Notes: generated by a model from the sequence alone, not told the origin. Counted from the first letter of the stretch, positions 49,871-60,619 are shown. The stretch is 64,000 nt of DNA from a virus (IMGVR_UViG_3300046488_000208:1285-65284); one strand, 5' to 3'. Made by a program: numbers and translations.

Positions 49871-52504
49871 ATGGCTGTAGATAAAATCATAGGTGGAATC
49901 ATTCGAGAACTTTATAACATAAATAAAGACGACATTAAAGAATCTATAATCAGCGAGTTAGAATCACTCACCGAAAGCAAGGCTTTAGATAAAAATACTG
50001 TTGAAAATCTTATACCTTCAGAAGGTATAGCTGATAAATATGCAGAAAGACAATTCAATATACCCGATAGCAGTGCAGAACAAGACTATCAAGCAACAAA
50101 AGCAATGCAAGCCAACAATACTATGGGAGAATATGTTGGCGATGTTAAAGAAGAAAATAATAATGGCGCACAAAAAGTTAGAGTATTTGCAAATCCCCGT
50201 AATTTAGAAGGCTTTCAAAAACAAGCCAGAGCAATCTCAGATATAAATGGCAATATGTTTGTTGCAGAACGTGATGGCAGATTCTCTCACGATGAATTGA
50301 AAAGGGTAATAATGAAAAGTAAATATGGAAACTCAGGAACTGGTTATATGGAATGGTATAGGCAAGGCAGTTCGAATATTTTCGGATGGTCCGTAACATA
50401 TACAACCAACAATCAATTTGACAAAAAAACTGAAGCAAAATACTTGGATGTACTTAAAAGAAAAAATTCACAATTCAGATACTTAGTTCCGCAAAAACCT
50501 AAACAACCCAACCAAGTAAACCAGCCTAATCAAGCAAGTAATTTAGCAGAAGAAGGTGTAGCAGATAAATATGCAGAACGACAATTCAATATTCCCGACC
50601 CTAATGTACAACAAGATATACAAGCAAAAGGCGAAATACAAAAAGACGTGGAGAAACCCTATGCCAAAGTTGACAATACACCTATATATAAAAATCCCAG
50701 GTCATTAGAAAATTTTGGTGCTAACGTCAGAGCAATTGCAGATTATAAAGGAGATTTATACGTTGCACAAGAAGATAGTAGCTTTAATCATGGCAAAATG
50801 GGAAATGTTTTATTTCCGGGAGAAGGCGTATGGCAATTTGGATTTGGCGGTGTATATGAAAATCTGAATAAATATGCATTACTACAAAGAATAGCAGACA
50901 GTAATGACTTCGGATTATCAGATATAAGCAATGATTATGTTCAAAAAGATGAAGACCAAAGAGAATCAGGCGAAAAAATCTTATTGAAGACAAAACAAAA
51001 AAATCCACAATACAATTTTCATAATGAATATTATGATGATGTTTATGATAAAAGTGATTCTTCACCTGTGGGTACAGCATCAGGTCTTCAAAAAGAAGGT
51101 GTAGCAGATAAGTACGGAGAAAAACAATTCAATATTCCCGACCAATCAAAAGAACAAGACCGCCAAGCTACGCAAGCAATGGGACAACAAGAAAAACCTG
51201 ATGACCCCAAAGGACTATTGGTAGGAAATACTGACGGTAGACCCGCAACAAGTTATAGTAAGGCAAGAAACGGTACAAATATATTCTTAAATCCCCGAAG
51301 TCTTGATAGCTTTGAAGATGATGTAAAAGCCGTAAGTAATACTATTGGAGATTTATTTGTTGCACAAGCCGATGCTGACATTTATCATGCAGACATAACT
51401 AATGTTGCTGAAGGACAAGACATATATAATGAATTTATTGGCAATGCATATGACGGAGAAGATTGCATTACCTGGCATAGAATAGGAAGGTCTAATGATT
51501 TCGGATTTAGTGTCAGTTATATGGATTTTAATAAAGAACCAGAAAATCACCCAACAAGAGATAAACTAATAAAGGCAGTTAAATCAAAAAATCCACAATT
51601 CAACTATATCCCTCAGTATTGGCACGAAGTACTGAATATCCGTTATGACCAAGAACATAATATGAATAACTCAGACTTGCAAAACTATAACGATGCACCA
51701 AACAACAATAACAACGATAACGATATTTATGATACAAGACCCAAAAACTATCCAATATATTCGAATATGAAAGAACAAAGTGTTAATGAAAATAATGAAA
51801 ATGGTACAATTGACAATAGTAATGAAACTGGCAAGATAGATAATGGTAATGAAACAGGAAAGATTGCTGAAGCAAACGTAGAACCTACAGAAGCAGGCGA
51901 TGAAAAGAAAGACATCGTAAATAACAACGATGATAATATTCTCTGCAAGGACGTAGTTATGGATGAACAAACCATAAATAATGATAATAATAATGAATTG
52001 GTATTTGAAGGTTGGGGTGAAAACTTGCAGGAAGGCATAGACGTTTGGCATGGCTCAACAGAAAAGTTCGACAGATTTGACATGAATAGGGTCGGTACTG
52101 GTGATGGAAAATCTTTAGGCGGTTGGGGAATATACTTCTCGGAGAACCCAGAGGTAAGCAAACGTTATTATTTACCAAAAGGTCAGTTAAAACAACACGA
52201 AATACGTAGCGGAAATTATTTTGACTTGGATTTGCCCTTAGAAAACGGACAGAGAATATTGCAAGGTTTAAACAGACAGGGCATTGACCAAAAAGATTTG
52301 GATGAATTTCAAGAGACTTACGTAGATAATTACGACACCAATGGTAAACAAGCATATGACTGGTTAAGTTTTGTACTTGGTGGAGAACAACAGGCATCAA
52401 AATTCTTAGAAAGTTTGGGTTATATTGGCAATACTATGTTGGACCGTTGGGAGCCAGACTCAAGAAACTACGTGGTATTTGACAGTAAAAGCATTATACA
52501 ATAA
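49871..52504 (+). CDS. Large polyvalent protein: three EG(V/I)ADKY..QFNIPD repeat domains plus C-terminal ADP-ribosyltransferase-like domain
   Basis: Three internal repeats; VWHGS...FD.F....GTGDG...GWGIYFSE...Y. Confidence 0.65.
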   Translation: MAVDKIIGGIIRELYNINKDDIKESIISELESLTESKALDKNTVENLIPSEGIADKYAERQFNIPDSSAEQDYQATKAMQANNTMGEYVGDVKEENNNGAQKVRVFANPRNLEGFQKQARAISDINGNMFVAERDGRFSHDELKRVIMKSKYGNSGTGYMEWYRQGSSNIFGWSVTYTTNNQFDKKTEAKYLDVLKRKNSQFRYLVPQKPKQPNQVNQPNQASNLAEEGVADKYAERQFNIPDPNVQQDIQAKGEIQKDVEKPYAKVDNTPIYKNPRSLENFGANVRAIADYKGDLYVAQEDSSFNHGKMGNVLFPGEGVWQFGFGGVYENLNKYALLQRIADSNDFGLSDISNDYVQKDEDQRESGEKILLKTKQKNPQYNFHNEYYDDVYDKSDSSPVGTASGLQKEGVADKYGEKQFNIPDQSKEQDRQATQAMGQQEKPDDPKGLLVGNTDGRPATSYSKARNGTNIFLNPRSLDSFEDDVKAVSNTIGDLFVAQADADIYHADITNVAEGQDIYNEFIGNAYDGEDCITWHRIGRSNDFGFSVSYMDFNKEPENHPTRDKLIKAVKSKNPQFNYIPQYWHEVLNIRYDQEHNMNNSDLQNYNDAPNNNNNDNDIYDTRPKNYPIYSNMKEQSVNENNENGTIDNSNETGKIDNGNETGKIAEANVEPTEAGDEKKDIVNNNDDNILCKDVVMDEQTINNDNNNELVFEGWGENLQEGIDVWHGSTEKFDRFDMNRVGTGDGKSLGGWGIYFSENPEVSKRYYLPKGQLKQHEIRSGNYFDLDLPLENGQRILQGLNRQGIDQKDLDEFQETYVDNYDTNGKQAYDWLSFVLGGEQQASKFLESLGYIGNTMLDRWEPDSRNYVVFDSKSIIQ

Positions 52505-52585
52505 GTATTATACAATAAAGCGTAACGCTTGAAAGCGTAACATTACTAATTTATGAATGATTAGTAATAATTAGTAATAAAATAT

Positions 52586-53596
52586 ATGAATATCAAGGAA
52601 ATAATCGGTGATGAGATTCAGAGGTTTGCAGAAACAAGCAATGCTAATACTGGCTTTAATAAGAAGCTATACTACCACGGCAGACAACTTGGCAACAGAC
52701 CATACACTGGAGATTATATCTTCATTACAGACAACTTAGGCTATGCCAGTGGCTATTCAGACGGCAAAGAACTATATACATACACAATTCCTTTCAGTAA
52801 TGACAAACTTTTTAGTATTCGTAATGCCGAACATAGAAATTTACTGAGTAAATACTTAGACGTACAAACAATCCTACATATGAGGTCTGATTCAGGACCT
52901 GACCAGGAATTAGATTGGGCAGCACTCTCATATGTATCAACGGATGAATTTGACATGCCGGAAGACCTGTTCATACACTTGGGATTTCTTGGCATTAGAC
53001 TTAAAGAAAGACAGGACATAGAGAGTATTTATATCTTTAACCAAAAAAACTTGAAATTTGAAGGTGTAATAGACATTACTACTCCACAGATGATACAACA
53101 AATAGGGAAGTTCTACAAAGACTTTCAGAAGGGCAAGAACTTCTTGGAAGAAACAGACAAAGAAACAGGTAATATAAAAGAAACAGGTAATATAGAAAAA
53201 TCCAAGACTATATTCTCTGATGTACCAGAAGAACTCTTCCAAAAACTCAAACTACGAAAGTTTAGTGACGAAGCAAACCGTAGTCATATGAAACTCTTCC
53301 GAGCAAAAGACGGAAAACAATACATAATTTCAAAGAGTATTAATCAAGATGTGTTTAAAGCCAGCACCTTAGATGGTAAAGTTGTAGGCATAGCGGTATT
53401 CGATGATGACAATAAAGACTATTTTACTGGCTATGAAACGTCACAGAGTATAAAGGTTATGGCAGAGTACCAAAGATTGGGCATTGCTACTGCTCTCACG
53501 GACTTCGCTGAGAAAATCTACCAAAAACCCTATAAACCTACTAAGGTCCTGAGTGAACCTATGCAGGGATTTGTCAAGAATAGATTCGAAAAATAA
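52586..53596 (+). CDS. ART-like domain plus C-terminal GNAT acetyltransferase
   Basis: LYYHG...IFITDN..YA..Y; IKV..EYQRLGIATAL; IKEIIGDEI N-terminus. Confidence 0.6.
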   Translation: MNIKEIIGDEIQRFAETSNANTGFNKKLYYHGRQLGNRPYTGDYIFITDNLGYASGYSDGKELYTYTIPFSNDKLFSIRNAEHRNLLSKYLDVQTILHMRSDSGPDQELDWAALSYVSTDEFDMPEDLFIHLGFLGIRLKERQDIESIYIFNQKNLKFEGVIDITTPQMIQQIGKFYKDFQKGKNFLEETDKETGNIKETGNIEKSKTIFSDVPEELFQKLKLRKFSDEANRSHMKLFRAKDGKQYIISKSINQDVFKASTLDGKVVGIAVFDDDNKDYFTGYETSQSIKVMAEYQRLGIATALTDFAEKIYQKPYKPTKVLSEPMQGFVKNRFEK

Positions 53597-54250
53597 AAAA
53601 TTCTTGCAATATTTCCACATATATATTATCTTTGTCATATGCCAAAAGGAAGATATCAATATTCAACAGAAGATTTTATTAAAATTGTAAAAGAAAATCA
53701 CGGTGACATATATACGTTTGAGAAAACCATTTTTAATGGTAGTGGAAATCCTGTTACAGTAACTTGTGTGAAGCATAAATATAATATTACTATAATTGCA
53801 GAAGTTTTACTTAGAAGAACTGAAAGAAATGGTGGACCTAAGAAAAATCCAATTGTGGGTAGTTGCCCTATGTGTAGAACAGAATATTTTGAGAGCATTA
53901 AGAATGAAATGCTGAAAAGATTTAGAGTTGCACATAATAATGAATATGAGTATGAAGGATATGTTAATTTGGAAACACCATTTACTGCTATCTGTAAAAA
54001 ACATGGTAAATTTAAGGTTAGAGCAGAAAGTCATTTAAGAGGCACAGGTAAATGTCCTACTTGTTATCCACATAAAAAAGAACAGTCGTTAAATTATAAA
54101 ATTGTTGACGGTAAAGATTATTATGTCTGTGATATTCACGGTGACGTGTCAATGGGCAAATACAGAAAATTATTTAAGGGTTATAAATAGTAACTAAAAT
54201 ATAGAACAATATTATACAAATATAAACTTTGGTATAGTTTTTGTAGTGTT

Positions 54251-54856
54251 ATGTATATGATTGGAATAAAAGAAGCAGCAGAATTACTTGGAATTACTCC
54301 CAAAACATTAAGATTATGGGAGAAAAACGGTAAAATAATGAGTCATAGGACTGAAGGTCAACATAGAAGATATGTAGTTTCAGAACTTATCGGTAGTCGT
54401 GGAGACAAACTATTAACAATTGCTTATGCCAGAGTATCAAGTTATGACCAGAAAGATGATTTAAAACGACAAGAATTGGTATTGGAAAGTTATTGTGCGA
54501 GTAAAGGATTTGAATTTGAATTAATTTCTGATTTAGGTTCTGGAATGAACTACAAGAAAAAAGGACTTGTAAGATTAATAAAATTAATTTGCAGTAATCA
54601 AATTGATAGATTGGTAATCACACATAAAGACAGATTACTAAGATTTGGAAGTGAGTTAATTTTTATGCTTTGCGAAATCTTTGCTGTTGAAGTTTGTATA
54701 ATTAATAGGAGTGAAGATAGCACCTTTGAAGAAGATTTAGCCAACGATGTTTTGGAAATTATAACTGTCTTCAGTGCAAGATTATATGGAAGTCGAAGCC
54801 ATAAAAATAAACAGATAATACAACAATTAAAACAGGTAGCCAAAGATTTGAAATGA
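54251..54856 (+). CDS. tnpA: IS607 serine-recombinase transposase
   Basis: MerR-type HTH; YARVSS..QK.DL.RQ; DRLLRFG; FSARLYG.RS. Confidence 0.92.
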   Translation: MYMIGIKEAAELLGITPKTLRLWEKNGKIMSHRTEGQHRRYVVSELIGSRGDKLLTIAYARVSSYDQKDDLKRQELVLESYCASKGFEFELISDLGSGMNYKKKGLVRLIKLICSNQIDRLVITHKDRLLRFGSELIFMLCEIFAVEVCIINRSEDSTFEEDLANDVLEIITVFSARLYGSRSHKNKQIIQQLKQVAKDLK

Positions 54857-56028
54857 AGTCAATTAAGGTAAGATTAGAACTAAACAATAAGCAGACTACA
54901 CTTGCTAATAAACACGCAGGAGTGGCAAGATATGCTTATAATTGGGGAAAATCTGTCTGTGATTTGGCAATACAAAATAAGGAGCACAGACCAACAGCAA
55001 TTGATTTACATAAGAAATTTGTTAAAGAAGAAAAAACTATTAAGTCTTGGTTGTATGAAGTATCCAAGTGCAGTCCACAACAAGGATTAAGAAATCTTGA
55101 TGAAGCATATAAAAGAATATTTAAAGTCAAAGGAAGTAAATATCCAAAATTCAAAAAGAAAGGTCAACATGATAGATTTTACTTGGAAGGTGCTATTAAA
55201 ATAGATAGTAATAAAATTAAAGTGCCTAAGTTTGGTTGGTTGAGATGTTCTGAAATATTACCAGAATGTGAAGTCAAAAATGTTGTTATAAGTAAAACTG
55301 CTAATCAATGGTTTATTGCTTTTAAAATACCATTTGAACCACAGATTACTAATAAGATGAATGATATTGTCGGTGTTGATTTAGGTATTAAAACACTTGC
55401 AGTATTGTCAGATGGTAAAGTATTTGAAGCAGTTAAACCATATAAACGAAACAAACGGAAATTAAAAATATTACAAAGAAGATTAAGTAAAAAACAGAAA
55501 GGTAGTCAAAATCGTAAAAAAGCAGTATTAAAAGTAGCAAAACTACATTATAGAATTGCTAATATTCGTAAAGATACATTACATAAATTGACAACATATT
55601 TAAGTAAAAACCACACTGAAATATGTATTGAAGATTTGAATGTAAATGGTATGAGTAAAAATCACAAATTAGCATCAGCCATATTGGATGGTGGATTTTC
55701 AGAGTTCAGAAGACAATTAGAATATAAATGTCAATGGTACGGCAGTACAGTGACAGTTGTTGATAGATTTTATCCAAGTTCAAAGACTTGTAGTGGATGC
55801 GGTAATGTTAAAAAAGAATTGAAACTATCTGAACGAACCTATGTTTGTGAGAATTGTGGATTATTAATTGACAGAGATTTAAATGCTGCAATTAATTTAA
55901 AAAATAAGTCGGCAAGTTATGCCGAATCAGCCTGTGGAGTGCCCAAACAATTAAACTCTTTTGAGTTTGATGGTGCTGTGAATCAGGAAGTAAACAACAA
56001 TGTTCAACATTGTGTAAGTTTTATATAA
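54853..56028 (+). CDS. tnpB: RNA-guided endonuclease TnpB
   Basis: GVDLGIK, EDLNV.GM, PSSKTCS.CG, DRDLNAAINL. Confidence 0.92.
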   Translation: MKSIKVRLELNNKQTTLANKHAGVARYAYNWGKSVCDLAIQNKEHRPTAIDLHKKFVKEEKTIKSWLYEVSKCSPQQGLRNLDEAYKRIFKVKGSKYPKFKKKGQHDRFYLEGAIKIDSNKIKVPKFGWLRCSEILPECEVKNVVISKTANQWFIAFKIPFEPQITNKMNDIVGVDLGIKTLAVLSDGKVFEAVKPYKRNKRKLKILQRRLSKKQKGSQNRKKAVLKVAKLHYRIANIRKDTLHKLTTYLSKNHTEICIEDLNVNGMSKNHKLASAILDGGFSEFRRQLEYKCQWYGSTVTVVDRFYPSSKTCSGCGNVKKELKLSERTYVCENCGLLIDRDLNAAINLKNKSASYAESACGVPKQLNSFEFDGAVNQEVNNNVQHCVSFI

Positions 56029-56559
56029 CGGTTGGATTTCATATTGTGATTTCTTCGGTACTAATTCTAAAACCAATATGTCTTTGGGTGAAAAGAAAAT
56101 CGATGAACATCTTAAAAGAAAAAACTTGGACTTTGTATGGCAAAAAAGATTCGCAGATTGTAGAGATAAAATGCCTTTGCCATTTGATTTTTACTTGCCT
56201 GAGTATAATTTGATTATTGAATTTGATGGCGACCAGCATTACAGAAACACTGAAAAGTTCGGTAAAAATGGTGGTTTTGAGAGAATTCAAAAACATGATA
56301 AAATGAAAAATGAATATTGTGAAAAAAATAATATTCATCTATTACGTTTAACATATGATGATTTGGTTCACAACGTTTTAGAATGGTCAATTGATATGAA
56401 ATTAAGCAAAATATTTGTAGACCAACTTTTGGCAAAATAAAAATTTTATATAGAAAAAATTCAGACCATTAAATATTGACCCAATTTACTGATACTCAGA
56501 ATTTTAGTTTTTAAACCAAAAAAATTTACTAAAAAAATTTGGTTCTCGGTGATGGTTCT

Positions 56560-56630
56560 GTAGCACCCGCACCCCTGTAATCCCCTGGGGGAGAGGGGGT
56601 TAAGGCGGGGGGGATACGGGGGAGGGGCGT
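56560..56630 (+). other. GC-rich island with five G runs (G-quadruplex potential)
   Basis: G5-aga-G5-ttaaggc-G7-atac-G5-a-G4 in an AT-rich genome. Confidence 0.55.
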
Positions 56631-56709
56631 TGTTTAGAACCATTCTAAATAGCAGGGTATCAGATAAAAAAACAGGGTGCGACCTGCACCCTGTTAACTA
56701 TGTCGTTAG

Positions 56710-57231
56710 TTAGATGACTACGTAAGTAGTTTTGCGGAATTTCAGACGTTTAACGTTTTCGATTGCTATTTCCCTGTGATAGATAGCTGTTTCAGTTCCC
56801 TGATATTTTGCGGGGTCTGACTTAGGAAAATACTGTTTAATTATTGCGGACGGTATGAAGTTCAGCGCACTGTCAAAGTGTAACGCTCTGAAAGTCTGCT
56901 GTGCCTTGTAGGTAAGGTAAAACGTTCCTTTGCCCACGTGCATACTTAACGCTGTACTGATTCGTTTACCTGCACCCTTCCACAAAGGTTGACTAACAAA
57001 ATCTTTTTCTTTATTTTCACGTTCCAGTTGATTATTAACGCTATTTTCGTAAACGTACCCAACCATACCGCCAACGTTTGCAATTTTCACTACATTGCCA
57101 AATTTGGCTTTTCCTTCGGGGGTTAATTTCGGTTCAGTTACATACTGCAAACTAACTGGCTGTGCGCCAAAGTTCCAAGTTCTTAGCATTTCAATTAGTT
57201 CCTGCTTACTGATGTTTTTCTGATTTTTCAT
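56710..57231 (-). CDS. Conserved phage hypothetical protein
   Basis: Y.NSVNNQL.RE.K...F...PLW; ECF-type promoter at 57281-57309(-). Confidence 0.65.
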   Translation of the reverse strand: MKNQKNISKQELIEMLRTWNFGAQPVSLQYVTEPKLTPEGKAKFGNVVKIANVGGMVGYVYENSVNNQLERENKEKDFVSQPLWKGAGKRISTALSMHVGKGTFYLTYKAQQTFRALHFDSALNFIPSAIIKQYFPKSDPAKYQGTETAIYHREIAIENVKRLKFRKTTYVVI

Positions 57232-57340
57232 TTTATCTATTTTTGGGTTTATACTCTTTATTTATTGTCTGTCTGTATTCTTATACGTACAATGTTGCAA
57301 AATGTTTCGATATACATAAAAATGTTTTGATACACTGCTT

Positions 57341-57359
57341 ATTTAGAATGAATATAAAT
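57341..57359. promoter_or_regulatory. Fur-box-like palindrome upstream of sigma gene (also 56632-56650 and 63981-63999)
   Basis: TTTAGAAnnAnT(C/A)TAAAT dyad, three copies. Confidence 0.45.
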
Positions 57360-57461
57360 TGCAAAGATTTATTGCTTTTACTGTAACATTTTTTGTTATT
57401 TGCAGTTTAACTACTATATTTGACAATCGAAACTTTTAGTGTTTAACCAATATTTAAAGCT

Positions 57462-58031
57462 ATGAATGAAGTAACCAAAGCACAAACAGAAATCAGTGCA
57501 ATTGATTTTAATAAGGTTTACAAGGAACAAAAGCCACGTATTGAATTATACCTACGGACGAAAACAAGTGATGAGGAATTAAGGAATGAAGTTATAAGCC
57601 AAACATTTGTTAAGGTATATACAGGTTTGGAGCATGGCAAATTTAATTCGAGTAAATCAAGTATTTCAACATGGGTGCATACCATTGCAAGAAATACGTT
57701 AATTGATGAAATTCGCAAAAACAAAAACAACTTAGTACATATTTCAGATTACACCAACGAAAACGGTGACGAAATTTTAGAATTTAAAGATAACGGCAGG
57801 GGTACTGATGCAGTTGTTGAAAACAATGAATTGGCAGACAGTATAATGACAGCTTTCAACAAGGTTAAACCAACCTATAAAGAAATAGCAATACAATATT
57901 TTATGTATCAGAAAGAATATAGTGAAATTGCAGACATGTTGTCAATACCTTTGAACACTGTTAAGGTTGCAATAATGAGAGCAAGAGAAGTATTGCAGGG
58001 TCAATTAAAACGTGAATATGCAACTATGTAA
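57462..58031 (+). CDS. ECF-type RNA polymerase sigma factor
   Basis: Region 2 F..VY.....F....S.STWV.TIARNTLID..RK; region 4 YSEIA.ML.IPLNTVK..I.RAR. Confidence 0.9.
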   Translation: MNEVTKAQTEISAIDFNKVYKEQKPRIELYLRTKTSDEELRNEVISQTFVKVYTGLEHGKFNSSKSSISTWVHTIARNTLIDEIRKNKNNLVHISDYTNENGDEILEFKDNGRGTDAVVENNELADSIMTAFNKVKPTYKEIAIQYFMYQKEYSEIADMLSIPLNTVKVAIMRAREVLQGQLKREYATM

Positions 58032-58164
58032 TGTACAAAATAATATTGTGGGCAATGTACAAATAATCTGAAAATATATTGCCTGCAATGCAACAAATTC
58101 CTGGAAATTACGTATAAGAATACAGACAGACAAAAATACAGTATTAACCAAAACACAATGTACC

Positions 58165-58440
58165 ATGACGACAAAAACTAAAACACCCGCAAGACCTTTG
58201 TACGAAATTGCAAGGGAAATCAGACAGAACTGGAAAAAATCAATCAGTGGCACTGACTTAAATTATGCAGCAAAACCATACCTTGAGGCAATGGAAAGTC
58301 TTGACAAAATTAGTGACAGGTATATAATGGACAGCGCAAGTTCAATAGTTGCTTACTTCTTAGGTAATGCTTCAAGTTGGAGAGGACCGAAAGCAAAGGA
58401 AATAAAAGCTGAATTAAACCAAATGCTGAAAGCAAAATAA
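58165..58440 (+). CDS. Conserved phage early-type hypothetical protein
   Basis: RPLYEIA.EI...W...AKPYL.AM....YFL.NA..WRG..A..IK.EL. Confidence 0.65.
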   Translation: MTTKTKTPARPLYEIAREIRQNWKKSISGTDLNYAAKPYLEAMESLDKISDRYIMDSASSIVAYFLGNASSWRGPKAKEIKAELNQMLKAK

Positions 58441-58506
58441 AGTTTGCTAAATGTACAGATTATTTCCTCGTCAATAGTATTTATAGACGAGGAAATTTTA
58501 TTTAAT

Positions 58507-58923
58507 ATGGCATATAGTAAACAATGGCTTAAACTATCTGATGAAGAAAGGAAGCTAAAAAGAATAGGATATAGAAAAAAGTATGAACAAAAACATCCTG
58601 AACGAGTAAAAGAAAGCGATAAACGTTATAGAATTAAACATAGGGAACGACTAAAAATTATTAAAAGTACTTGGCAAAAAAGCAAAGGTCGAAAAAATAA
58701 ACTTCGGGCAATTGAATATCTTGGTGGTCATTGTACAGACTGTAAGAATGAATTTCCACCTTATGTATATGACTTTCATCATTTAGACCCAAATATAAAA
58801 GATAATAATATTGCAAGACTTATGGGCAGAAAATGGGAAGGCATTGTACATGAATTAGATAAATGTGTTTTGCTTTGTGCTAATTGTCATAGAATACGTG
58901 AAAATAAAGAAGAATTTTTGTAA
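58507..58923 (+). CDS. HNH endonuclease
   Basis: LGGHCTDC...YDFHH.DP..K....ELDKCVLLCANCHR. Confidence 0.8.
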   Translation: MAYSKQWLKLSDEERKLKRIGYRKKYEQKHPERVKESDKRYRIKHRERLKIIKSTWQKSKGRKNKLRAIEYLGGHCTDCKNEFPPYVYDFHHLDPNIKDNNIARLMGRKWEGIVHELDKCVLLCANCHRIRENKEEFL

Positions 58924-58974
58924 CATTTATAGTCTATTGTACGTATAACAACTGTAACCAAAACATAGAGACAA

Positions 58975-59310
58975 ATGAAAATCTTAACACAGGAAATTCT
59001 CGCAGCTTTTAAGAAGCAAGGCAAGACAGGCAGAAAGTCTGCAAAGGATATTCGTATTGTACTGAAACTCTTCAACCCTATTGGTGCAGGAACATGGTAC
59101 ATATATGAGAAGGAAGATGAAGATATTTATTGGGCATTTGTCAACCTTGGTGACATAGATTGTGCAGAATGTGGCACAGTATCAATGAATGAATTGATGA
59201 CTTTGCGTTTACCGCTTGGATTGCATATTGAAAGAGACAAATTTTTTGAGCCTCTGAGCATGTCACTTGAGGAAGTAATGAACAAAGTCAAAGCAGGACA
59301 GCACGTCTAA
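58975..59310 (+). CDS. DUF2958 family protein
   Basis: KLFNPIGAGTWY..E.....E.G.VS..EL.....LGL.IERD.FF. Confidence 0.75.
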   Translation: MKILTQEILAAFKKQGKTGRKSAKDIRIVLKLFNPIGAGTWYIYEKEDEDIYWAFVNLGDIDCAECGTVSMNELMTLRLPLGLHIERDKFFEPLSMSLEEVMNKVKAGQHV

Positions 59311-59382
59311 AAATAACTCGAAAACCCTGTAACATTACAGGGTTTTTTACGTATAACTACTGTAACCAAAACACAAAGACAA

Positions 59383-59751
59383 ATGAAAGAATTATTATTA
59401 AAAGTTGACTATACAGACAGCACAAGAAAATTCTGGTGTGACTCTTCAATAAAGAATATGACAGTCGAATTTGACCCCGATAAACAAACCATACATGAAC
59501 TTATTAAGGAAGTTTGTGATGAACGGGACGGAATGAAATTGTCATATAAGGGCAAACCACAGGGCAATGTTTATCGTGACGTAAAAGATGCTAATGGTAA
59601 GGTAACAGACACGAAAATTGTTGGTTACATGTACAGAGGCAAAATTGAAATATTTGACAGGAATATGACTAAACCTGTAACGGCATTGTTCGATGTTTGG
59701 GTAACAATAAAATTTGTTGAGAAATTCGAATTTGAAGTACTCGATGTGTAA
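59383..59751 (+). CDS. Hypothetical protein
   Basis: Own promoter cassette. Confidence 0.6.
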   Translation: MKELLLKVDYTDSTRKFWCDSSIKNMTVEFDPDKQTIHELIKEVCDERDGMKLSYKGKPQGNVYRDVKDANGKVTDTKIVGYMYRGKIEIFDRNMTKPVTALFDVWVTIKFVEKFEFEVLDV

Positions 59752-59804
59752 CATTTTCCAGGGAATGTACGTATAACAACTGTAACTAATATACATATAA
59801 AGCA

Positions 59805-59996
59805 ATGTCAATAACTAAAACACTTACAGCACATAATTTAGTCATTCAGTTTGATTGTTTCAAACATGAAGACAATCTTGAAACAACACAGGAAATAATT
59901 GACAGTATCAATGAGATATTGTTACAGCAACTTCCGGATGCAAACCCGCAGATATTTACAACGGGTATTGACAAAGCAGATGTTTTCGAGAAATAA
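59805..59996 (+). CDS. Hypothetical protein
   Basis: Own promoter cassette. Confidence 0.55.
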   Translation: MSITKTLTAHNLVIQFDCFKHEDNLETTQEIIDSINEILLQQLPDANPQIFTTGIDKADVFEK

Positions 59997-60067
59997 TATA
60001 CAGACAAATATTGTAACATTTATAGGTGAATGTACGTATAACAATTGTAACCAATACAGATAAAGAA

Positions 60068-60619
60068 ATGACAGAACCACATGTTGAATTGAAATCAGTA
60101 CACTTCGGATATAGCCGTGAATGGGGTTCTAATGGCAGGTTTGATGCAGATGTATGGATTAATGGCGTGAAGTGCATGAAAGCCATAGATGAAGGCAATG
60201 GCGGTGAAATAGACTATGAACATTTCATATACAAAAACCCACAGGCAAAACAAGTCAAAGCAAACATCAAATTGCTTGAAGCCTACATTAAAACCATGCC
60301 AAAACAGTCTCTTGGTGGCATACATGAAGGTGGAAAACTTGTAATGTTCACAATAGATATGGACCTGTACATCAATAACTTGCTTGACAAAATGTCAACC
60401 GAGAAGTTTCAGAAGAAATTACTGAAACACTTTGAAAAAGCAATATGTTTTGGTGTACCTAATGGCAAGCAATACAGGTCGGTTTATTGGACAGGCAAGA
60501 CACTTGCACAGATTGACAAAATAAATCTGCAACGTACCTACGACAAGACAAAAGCAGGACTTGGCAAAGGTGAAACAATATTGAACACGAACTTACAAGC
60601 ACTTGGCATAAACTTATAA
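60068..60619 (+). CDS. Hypothetical protein
   Basis: Trimmed to ATG after cassette; F.ADVWING......EGNGG. Confidence 0.6.
   Translation: MTEPHVELKSVHFGYSREWGSNGRFDADVWINGVKCMKAIDEGNGGEIDYEHFIYKNPQAKQVKANIKLLEAYIKTMPKQSLGGIHEGGKLVMFTIDMDLYINNLLDKMSTEKFQKKLLKHFEKAICFGVPNGKQYRSVYWTGKTLAQIDKINLQRTYDKTKAGLGKGETILNTNLQALGINL

Larger units (their letters stand above)
54181..56031 (+). mobile_element. IS607-family element
   Basis: Serine recombinase plus tnpB, GG at both junctions, short TATA-type repeats in the left end. Confidence 0.85.
53639..56440 (+). pseudogene. DUF723/Vsr-like homing endonuclease interrupted by IS607 (pieces 53639-54180 and 56032-56440)
   Basis: Joining at the GG restores frame ...KLFKG-WISYCDFF...MSLGEKKI...FDFYLP..IEFDG. 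Confidence 0.75.

Noticed and set aside
54181-54250. IStron (group I intron fused to IS607)
   Set aside because: Only about 70 nt precede tnpA, too short for an intron core.
56461-56643. 60-aa Pro-rich minus-strand ORF
   Set aside because: It is an artefact of the G-rich island with atypical composition.
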